A stretch of DNA of 63,714 nt, counting the filler. It is 8 parts of 8 records of this genome, joined end to end, with 100 filler letters (N's around TTAATTAATTAA, not from the genome) between each part and the next. Parts side by side here need not be neighbours in the genome. Positions count along the whole stretch, not along the records: positions 56,016 to 63,714 come from SRR15195285_317; 7 more parts are not named here. The stretch is one strand, 5' to 3'. Positions 55,916 to 63,714 of this stretch are shown in pieces. Every line of letters starts with the position of its first letter. Position 1 is the first letter of the stretch. Position numbers and translations under genes: made by a program. A model generated the notes under the pieces. That model ran no database searches and was not told where the DNA came from. It saw nothing but the letters and a program-made list of their open reading frames with translations.

Positions 55916-56015
55916 NNNNNNNNNNNNNNNNNNNNNNNNNNNNNNNNNNNNNNNNNNNNTTAATTAATTAANNNNNNNNNNNNNNNNNNNNNNNNNNNNN
56001 NNNNNNNNNNNNNNN
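55916..56015. other. Artificial contig-joining spacer
   Basis: N44-TTAATTAATTAA-N44. Confidence 0.98.
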
Positions 56016-56340
56016 GAAGGAGAAGGAGAAGGAGAAGGAGAAGGGTGGGAAGAGCAAGAAGCGGAAGCGGAAGGACGACGAGTCGGACGAGTCGGCGGAG
56101 GAGGCGAAGAAAGAGAAGAGAAGACGAAAGGAGGAGCGGGCCGCCAAGCGGGAAGCGAAGGCGGCTCGCCGGGCGAAGAAAGAGAAGCTGGTTTTCGCGA
56201 AGCGCGCGCAGAACAAGCGAGTGAGCAATTATTCCGCCAAGGCGCTCGCCGAGATCTTCGGTCAGGCCGAGGTCGTGAAAACGGTTGCCGCCCCGGAGGA
56301 GCCGCTCACTGATGCTCGGGGCAGGCTCAAGAAGAAGTAA
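56016..56340 (+). CDS. 3' fragment of a Lys/Glu-rich nucleolar-type protein (PinX1/Pxr1-like motif)
   Basis: The open frame KEKEKEKE...KRAQNKRVSNYSAKALAEIFG...LKKK* runs from the contig start. The KxVSxYSxxxLxxIFG pattern resembles PinX1/Pxr1-type G-patch proteins. Confidence 0.45.
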
Positions 56341-56523
56341 AGCGCAGGCGAGACAGCAGCACCGATGAGAGAGCAACGAAAAGCTCTGTGTACGTTTGGC
56401 CGGCCTAAGGCGAACAGTGAGTGACCCCACTAAATCGTATTGGTTTCCCAGGTCTGATACCCGAAGGACACTGCGCCTGCCGTCGAAAGAGTCTCCTATG
56501 CAAGAGAGCGCAGAAGCGACTCT

Positions 56524-57738
56524 TCACGCCGTGCCGAACTTGCAAAGCATGCTGTGAGAGTAAACCTCCCCTGGCTTGAGCAAGCAGGATGGAAACTGCG
56601 GCTGGTTGATCGAGTCCGGGTAGTACTGCGTCTCCAGGCAGAACCCATGATGCTTCTCGTACTTCGCTCCCGCCTTGCCGTCAACGCCGTCCAAGAAGTT
56701 GCCAGTGTAGAACTGCACACCGGGTGTGTTCGCAAATAGAGACATCTGCCGCCCACCGGCACCAGTGCAAGTCGCAACATCTGCACAGCAGAAGCCGACT
56801 CAGCAGTGGGAAAAGGCGAGTGATAACAGGGACCCACACAGTTTCGCAGCCCGCCGTGGTGCATGGGGAAAGCATCGCGCGCAGCGACTCTGATGAGACC
56901 GAAACAAAAGCGAAGGAGACGCACGAGATAGCTTGCCCCAGCCGTCTGCCTTGATGACAAGGTTGTGGTCGTACCCACCTCCGGCGCTTGGGCACGTGAT
57001 GTCCTTGATTCGGGCGCCGATGGTCTCCTCTGACGTGAAGTCGAAAGGCGTCCCGGCCACTGGCACGATCTCGCCAGTCGGAATAGATGTATCATCCATC
57101 GGCGTCATTTCCTCGACAGACATTTGGACTTTGGTGTTGAGGACGTCGCCCGAGCCGCTGCCGTCGAGGTTCCAGTATGTGTGGTTAGCGAGATTGAGCG
57201 GCGTCGGAGCCGATGTGGTCGCCTGCATGTCGATCTTCAGCTCGTTGTCATCGGTGAGCGTGTAGGTCACGGACACGGAGACATCGCCCGGATATCCTTC
57301 GTGGCCATCAGGATCCTGGAGCGTCATAGCAACCGCAGGCGGCGCGCCCGGTGCGTCGATGGGCGTGGCTTTCCACAGCTGCTTGTTGTAGCCGCCAGGT
57401 CCGCCATGGAGCGTGTTCGGCTCGTTGTTGATCGCGAGCGTGTATTCTGAGTCGCCCAGCGAGAACTTGCCCTTGGCGATTCGGTTGGCCACGCGCCCGA
57501 CAATGCACCCAAAGTACGGCGTGCCCTCCGCAGCGTAGCCGCTCACATCGTCGAACCCGAGCACGCAGTCCGCCATGGCACCCGACGCGTCCGGCAGCAT
57601 CAGCGATTGCAGCGTGGCTCCGAAATCTGTGATCGACGCCGTCACGCCGTTCGCGTTGCGCAACGTGTAGAGCGTGGCCTGCGTGATGACGCCGGCCTTC
57701 TCCGTGACGCCAAACGCTCTCGAAGCGATGCGCTGCAT
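56524..57738 (-). CDS. galM: Aldose 1-epimerase (galactose mutarotase)
   Basis: YFGCIVGRVANRI, LHGG, NLANHTYWNL, GYDHN, PGVQFYTGNFLD and GFCLETQYYPDSIN. One intron at ~56924-56781 (GTGCGT..TGCAG). Confidence 0.92.
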
Positions 57739-58673
57739 TGCAGGCGGGCGTGCAAGAAGAAGAGGAGCGCAAGAGGGAGCCGGAGCAGCCGTCCAACGCG
57801 GAGCAGCAGGCCGCACTCAAGGGGAGGCGCCAGGTTGACGCTTGAGTCGACTGAGCGGCGCGGCCCGCGGGAGGTGCAATTTGGTGCATGGTGGCGATGA
57901 GCATGTGCCCGGGTTGTGCGTGGGGGATGGCAGTTGCGAATTTTGGCATGGCGACCATAATTATGATGCTCGATGGCAACTTCCCTCCCGAAGAATGGCA
58001 TGACGCCCTGACGTAGCGCCAGCCAGGTCAAGATGGCAAGCCAGACGCCCAAGTAGAGGGAGGTGAGAGGAGCTGACAAGATTTGGCGCGACAGCCACGA
58101 ACACGACGCCAACAGAGGTATGACAAGAGGCGATGGATCCCATTTCGTGATTTTTGACGCGAGTCCGACGCAACGAACCACGTCGTACACTTTGGAAGAC
58201 ATGCGCGCCGACGTAATCGCGCTAGAGTCAACCATCGGCGGACAAACCGAAACCGGGATGGCCCAAGCGACCTCCAACGTCGCGAAGGCGAGGACACTGG
58301 TAGCCCCGTGTGAGAGAATTAGCAACAATGCCACATTGGCAAGGCAGGTGCGGCTGCGGTTTGCGCAGTCGTGGATGAGTGAGAGCATCCGTATCGTGGG
58401 TCGTAGAAACTAGTTCCACAGGTATTGCTTCACAATTCGCATCATTCTGCTCTAGAGCTACAAACTTGACTTGAATTGGTTGTTGAGGGCATTTGTGTGC
58501 ATGCAACCACAAGTCCGCGCCAGAGACAGTTTTGAATGGACGTTTAGTGACCCATATCCAGCGACACAGATTGCCGAGCCAACATTTGCGTTTGGCTCGA
58601 CAATCTGTGTCGCTTGTGCACCATCCACTCCGCAGCCTCCGCCTAAGGTGCGCACACACAGCACCACAATCGA

Positions 58674-59702
58674 TTAGTCGCGCAAGTTTGGCGTACTGCC
58701 CGAAAAGACAAACGCACTCCAGAATTGAGCCGTGGCCGCCGCGCGCCGACAGCAAACCCGCCGCCATCCGGACTGAATGAAGCGGCGCCTTGATAAGCCA
58801 GTTTTGGCTCCGCGGACCCGGCCAAGCCAACGGCTTGAGCATCGGGAATAGGAAGCAGATCCTACAACCAACATGGCGCCGGAGGTGATAGGGAAGCAAG
58901 TGGGGTGTACATAGGCATTGGCGAGGCTGAACCAGCTTTTCATCAGTAGGGGATTGCATACCTCTGTTGTAGACTGCACTGCTGACTGGTCGGACCACAG
59001 CACACCAGAGGTCTCCCATGCAGCAGCCGGTGGCCGTATATTTCCCATCGACGCCGCGCCCCGGTAGACTGTCTTCTTCCGCTCCTCTGGTTTAGATTCA
59101 GCTTGCAGTTGTGGGCTTGATATTGCACCGCTACCAGTCGCCATGGTTTGATCCTCGTCCCTACTGGCCTGGTGGCTAGCTGCGGATAGTCCAGATTGGT
59201 CGCGTAGTGCACTATCTGGCGTTTTGCTGGTCGTCTTCGGTTGTTCTCCAGCACCAGCCCGGTAGTCGGCAACAGACAGCCCAGACTCGCAGCAAGCTTC
59301 TGCGTCTCCACCAGCTTTGCGCAACAAGTCAGCACACGAGCTCGAGCCAAAGGCTTCAGCCCACATGAGCGCCGTCGCACCATCTGCATCGCCTACATTT
59401 ACGCCGGCCCCCGTCTGCAGCAAAAACTCGACCATCCGCGGATGCCCATGAGCACAGGCTAGCATCAGCGCTGTGACGCCATGCGTTGCATCTATCGCAT
59501 CCAAATTCACTCCACCCGCCCCGCAAAGCTCCTTTGCCTGTTGCACTTGGTTGTGCTCCGCAAGCACGTGTAGCATCGGAACTTCGATGCCCTCGTCTGA
59601 CACTCCGATGGCTGGAAGGCCTGCAGCTGCTTTCTGGGCATCGGGACGGACCTCAGCGCTCTGTTCTACTCCAGCTCCCGCGCTACTGGCACCGCATCCC
59701 AT
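58674..59702 (-). CDS. Ankyrin-repeat protein with predicted N-myristoylation; 3' structure uncertain
   Basis: Starts MGCGASS. Ankyrin repeats GVTALMLACAHGHPRMVEFLLQTGAGVN and GATALMWA. A probable donor GTATGC near 58961 means the true end may differ. Confidence 0.7.
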   Translation of the reverse strand: MGCGASSAGAGVEQSAEVRPDAQKAAAGLPAIGVSDEGIEVPMLHVLAEHNQVQQAKELCGAGGVNLDAIDATHGVTALMLACAHGHPRMVEFLLQTGAGVNVGDADGATALMWAEAFGSSSCADLLRKAGGDAEACCESGLSVADYRAGAGEQPKTTSKTPDSALRDQSGLSAASHQASRDEDQTMATGSGAISSPQLQAESKPEERKKTVYRGAASMGNIRPPAAAWETSGVLWSDQSAVQSTTEVCNPLLMKSWFSLANAYVHPTCFPITSGAMLVVGSASYSRCSSRWLGRVRGAKTGLSRRRFIQSGWRRVCCRRAAATAQFWSAFVFSGSTPNLRD

Positions 59703-60259
59703 GGCTTGGCGAAGGCACGCTAACCTGACCTCTGTCGATATTCTCACTAAGACGACTACATTCTGGACCGCCGGTCGGTACGCGTGAGCCGAATCTCGAC
59801 AGCCGTGTCGCGCGTCGCGCTGCCAGCCCACACCTACCAGCACACGCCCTCCCTCGGGGGCCGGCACTGTCTTCTCAGTTCGCAGCAGCGCCAATGGTGC
59901 TGCACAGACGGGCCCTATGGACAGCAGTCTGTCTGCTACCACTGCGCACTGGATCGATCCTGCGCAGGCGAGTATCGCGTACAGGTACGGATGGAGTGCA
60001 TGGCGCTGCGCGCTGCGCTGGCATGCGCGCGCACGCACCCCGGCGGGCGCGCGCGCGCCGGGCGCGGCCGCACGGGTATCGTAGATGGGTGCATGCATGT
60101 ACCCTTGTACCGGTATGTGCATTCGATGCATGCATGCAGCCGATGGGGGCGGCACAATGATGACAATGAGCGGGCGCGGCGGCTGCCCGACGCAAATTTG
60201 CACGCATTGCGTGGCCATTTAGCTGAACCGCACCTCGCGCGCAGGCCATCGCGGTCTAC

Positions 60260-61494
60260 ATGCTGGACAGGTGCGACGTTGAGACGCTGCTAGTGACCGG
60301 AGGCTCCGGGATCGTCGGCCAGTTCGTCGTGGACTACTGTCTTGCCCACCACCCACGGATACACATTACAATCGTCGACATCAAGCCACCCATCGCCCAG
60401 CACATCGCTGAGCCCAATGTCTCGTTCATTGAGGCGTCGATCACCGATCTGGCTGCGATCCGAGCTGCGATGAGGGGTCAGCAGCGAGCAATCCACCTTG
60501 GCGCGTACAATGATGGGGATGCGCCGCAGGAGGAGTTGTACACAAGCGTCAATACAGTCGGCGCATGGAACGTGCTGGTTGCGGCAGAGGAGGAGGGATG
60601 CGAGCGAATTGCGGTCGCATCTTCCATCGCTGCAATTGGTGAGCACTACGGCGGGCCGGCCGACGACACGCCGAGATATCTACCCATAGACGAGGAGCAC
60701 CCATGTGCTCCAAAGGGTGGCTACGGAGTTTCGTGCGCAGAGCCAGTCCGTCCTGTTCAGTTGCTTCTGAGTGGTCCCCGGCGTGGTGTCTTTCACTCCT
60801 TTAGCGATCTCCTTACTTCATGTGCTACACACAATACAGGAAATTATGCATTGAGGCGATGGGAGAAGCGTTCGCGCGCCGCTCCAAAATGTCAGTGGCG
60901 ATGTTGCGGCCGTCTGTGGTGACCTGCTACAACCGAGCCCCAGTACGCACGCAAGCTTGAGGGCGCATGTACTGCTAGGTGCATGTTCTGAGCGTGGTAG
61001 ATCTGAGACGTGTTCTGCGTGTCTGCGCACCACAGCGTTATATGGCCAAGCTCCACGCAGCAGGTGATCTAGGTGGCATGCCAATCGACAGCGCTGTTCT
61101 GGCTCCAGGTTGGCATCGAGATGATGGTGTTCCCATTTCACGGGGCTGGATTTCTGCCCGTGACACAGCTTCTGCGTTTGTCGCTGCTGTACTCACCTCA
61201 GATAGCCTATGGAGTGGCTACGCTTGCGCTTTGGTTTCCGCCGACGATTCTCTTGGTGGAGACACCGTGGACCTTCTTAAACTGGTCCGTCGATCAACAG
61301 GAGAAGACGTAGAGGTGAAGGCAAGGTCTCACTTACATGAGCGCAAATCGGCAAATCTGTACTGCAACGAGCGCTGCAAGCGGCTCTTTGGATGGGCACC
61401 GAGCGACCGCTGGGAAGACATGTTGGCACTGGTCGCCGCAGGCGGGTGCAGTTTCGACGACTGGAAGATTCACAGGAGGAAGCCGCGGTTGTGA
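60260..61494 (+). CDS. NAD-dependent epimerase/dehydratase (extended SDR)
   Basis: LLVTGGSGIVG and ASSIAAIG. Removing intron 60733-60839 restores the catalytic YGVSK. A second intron lies at 60943-61035. Confidence 0.85.
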
Positions 61495-61607
61495 AATCCA
61501 TCGACAGACTCACGGGTCGGACCTCGAGGTGGCCAAATAGGTCCCTCGTAGTGCCTATAATATAATTATTTTGTAGTCTATAGTATATCTCATGCATGCC
61601 TCACACA

Positions 61608-63050
61608 TTAGCAACAACCAAAATTTACTGGGTCCATGTTCGAGGACTCAGGGTCTAACCAGCACATTTCATCCAGCTCGCGTCCCTGTTGCTCCATCAG
61701 CTGCACTTGCATGTCGTAGCATCGCTGAATTCTGCCTTCCTCGATCGCTGCACTCAGTGGGACAGGGTGATGTTCGATAATTCGACCGCCAGTCAAGATC
61801 GCCATATCTTCTGTGTAGTCCTCGGGATTTGACAAGTGGATATGCCACACAGCATCAATATACGCCGTTGCTCCCGATTTGTATTTCGGGAACGGTGGAC
61901 TGAGTTTTGTCGATGTCCAATCTCGCAGCGCGGTCTTATGCCGCAAGAAATCACGATATGCAAGCACGAGGCGTTCGGCTTTGGCCGACCTACCACGGCA
62001 GTAGCCCCAGAGACATCGGTCGTGCATGACCCGGCGCACAAGCCTGGCCCAGTCCACTTGGTCTACCACATCGTTCCAGGTTGGCACTGGGCCAAGCGGT
62101 CTGTCACCGCGATGTTGAGTGGGGGCTGAAATCACAAAGTATAGCGATACGGGACTCCTCGCGCGGTGCGCATCAACCTCGCTTGCGACTTGGTTGCACA
62201 CGTCCGCGCTCAACAAGCTCAGCGGAGACTGTACCCCGAGGCGAGTGTTTAGAACTTTGCTGAAAGCGAGCACTTGACGAGCACGCAAACATGCACAAAA
62301 GGGTTCGTCTGTAGACTCATCGTCAGAAGACTCATCGTCAGGTGTTTGAGCGCTGCAGAGAGTGCCCCCAAGCTTTTGCTGGAACGTCCCGTTATCGACT
62401 AAGGCGTGGCGCTCCCCGTCGTCGATCTCGAACATGACCACAACCGTCTCCGTTGCAATGTATGCAGGGCGTTGCTGTGATCCGTCACGCTCATAACGAG
62501 ATACCCACGATCCTTTGATCGGCGATACCTTGCCGTCTTTGACGACGTGGCCACTGAATGGAGTGCAAACGTAGCCGGCGTCTGACTTGACTGACAAATG
62601 CACGCCACTCCGGTCCGCAAGTTCGGAGCGCTCTTCTTCCGTGAGCTCGCGAGTGTTCTTTCCGCGTACCCAAACGCTACACGGTTCTTCGTTGAACTCG
62701 CGAACCTCTGTCAAATCTAGCCATATTTCACCAGCCAGCACCTGATCAACATCTTCAGACATCCCATCCGGCGTGCCAGATCGCGTCATGTCTTGCCAGA
62801 GGAACCGCTGCTGCCACTGCCTCGTCAATGCTAGCGGTTCTTCTTGCCCTTGCTCAACCACCGCCGAAGCGACAGCGTCACCTTGGAATTGGTCTTGCAG
62901 GCGGTCCTTCCCTCCCAGGCGCTGCTTCTTGCTTGCGGGGGATTTGCAGACAACAGACGTCGCGATGAACTGGTTGCGAACCCCGGGGCTGTCGAAGGCT
63001 AGCTGTTTCTGCAGCCGGTTCAGGCGCACATGCTTTTTCTCCGTCGGCAT
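61608..63050 (-). CDS. Protein with C-terminal GRDP/DUF1399-like domain
   Basis: 480-aa ORF. AYRDFL...LSPP...IDAVWHIHL..PEDY......GGRIIEHHP matches the GRDP-like pattern. The protein ends FGCC. Confidence 0.65.
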   Translation of the reverse strand: MPTEKKHVRLNRLQKQLAFDSPGVRNQFIATSVVCKSPASKKQRLGGKDRLQDQFQGDAVASAVVEQGQEEPLALTRQWQQRFLWQDMTRSGTPDGMSEDVDQVLAGEIWLDLTEVREFNEEPCSVWVRGKNTRELTEEERSELADRSGVHLSVKSDAGYVCTPFSGHVVKDGKVSPIKGSWVSRYERDGSQQRPAYIATETVVVMFEIDDGERHALVDNGTFQQKLGGTLCSAQTPDDESSDDESTDEPFCACLRARQVLAFSKVLNTRLGVQSPLSLLSADVCNQVASEVDAHRARSPVSLYFVISAPTQHRGDRPLGPVPTWNDVVDQVDWARLVRRVMHDRCLWGYCRGRSAKAERLVLAYRDFLRHKTALRDWTSTKLSPPFPKYKSGATAYIDAVWHIHLSNPEDYTEDMAILTGGRIIEHHPVPLSAAIEEGRIQRCYDMQVQLMEQQGRELDEMCWLDPESSNMDPVNFGCC

Positions 63051-63714
63051 GTTGTTGTTGTTGCTTGTCGTTGTTGTTGTGCGCTTGTTGTGCGCGGGTG
63101 AAGCGTCCGGGGTCCGTCACGGCACGCAGTTGCTTGCTCCGCGGCGGAGCCTTCCCGTTCAAGTCACTGCTGTGAATCTCACTACGCAAGCAGCAGCAGC
63201 TGATGATGGCCTGCGTGCTCGATGCTTGGCGGCGCAGAACTCAGCAGCCCCTTGCAGACCTTGACCTTTCTGGCGTCAGCTCACAAGCGTGTTGCTCCCT
63301 CGCCCCGCCGGACGGCGGGTGCGTGGCGGCCGCGGTGCTGGGTGCTCGCTCCGCGCGCACGAGCGTACCGCGCGCGGTACTCGATAGTGTGCGATGCGTG
63401 CGCGTGGTGCACGCAAGCCGGGAGTCGAGCAAATGCATGTTGAAAACGCATGCGGCATGCCTCAGAATGCAGTGCTCGCCGCGAACGCGCCGCGCGTGTT
63501 GTCGAAAGGTATACTAGTAGTACTATCCCGTAATTGGACTTTTCCCCCACGTCGGCGCGACGTGGGGGAACAGAACGATTGAGCACGGCGCGCCAAGCTA
63601 GCCGCCAGAACTGTCGCTCAGGGCTATCTGCGGGTCCACCGGGTCAAGGTTGTGCAAGGGTGGGAATAGCACCTTAGATAGCGTAGGTAGATATTTCGAA
63701 TTGGCAGTCAAAAT

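Noticed and set aside
7958-56015. Seven identical TTAATTAATTAA motifs that could be taken for a repeat array
   Set aside because: Each sits in the centre of exactly 44+44 Ns and is a synthetic six-frame-stop linker. Gene neighbourhoods across these linkers carry no meaning.
57900-58950. ORFs between galM and the ankyrin gene (58063-58413 +, 57642-58388 -, 58228-59019 -)
   Set aside because: No recognisable motif or consistent splice model. They could be extra ankyrin-gene exons, but I cannot support that.
1-63714. tRNA or rRNA genes
   Set aside because: None recognised by eye. tRNAscan-SE and Infernal were not run.

Overview
This is not one locus. Eight unrelated contigs (1-7957, 8058-16600, 16701-21083, 21184-32727, 32828-36220, 36321-50567, 50668-55915, 56016-63714) are joined by seven identical artificial 100-nt spacers (N44-TTAATTAATTAA-N44). 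The DNA is GC-rich, gene-dense and eukaryotic, with short GT-AG introns and CTRAC-type branch sites. It looks like a protist genome or bin, and I cannot assign the taxon from sequence alone. About 21 protein genes can be supported: a secreted CBM/glycoside-hydrolase-like protein, an MLO-EF-hand protein, an iduronate-2-sulfatase-like gene (11 introns), a giant EF-hand repeat protein, a prominin/Tweety-like protein, two Cys-rich surface proteins, a coiled-coil ORF in frame with a class I-type PI3K, a multi-UBL protein, a HAD phosphatase, a DedA/VTT protein, a DUF4838 plus tandem sialidase-like protein, a 5'-truncated beta-helix protein next to a MITE, a ~3560-aa DUF3638/DUF3645 helicase-like protein, an FkbM methyltransferase, aldose 1-epimerase, an ankyrin protein, an NAD-dependent epimerase and a GRDP-like protein. 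The most striking item is 52400-55891 (-). It encodes one polypeptide that fuses a Cid1/TENT-type RNA nucleotidyltransferase, an apparently inactivated 2H phosphoesterase, an R3H domain and a T4 Rnl1-type RNA ligase, making it a candidate 'tail-and-ligate' RNA repair/editing enzyme. All family calls come from reading motifs by eye; no database search was run.
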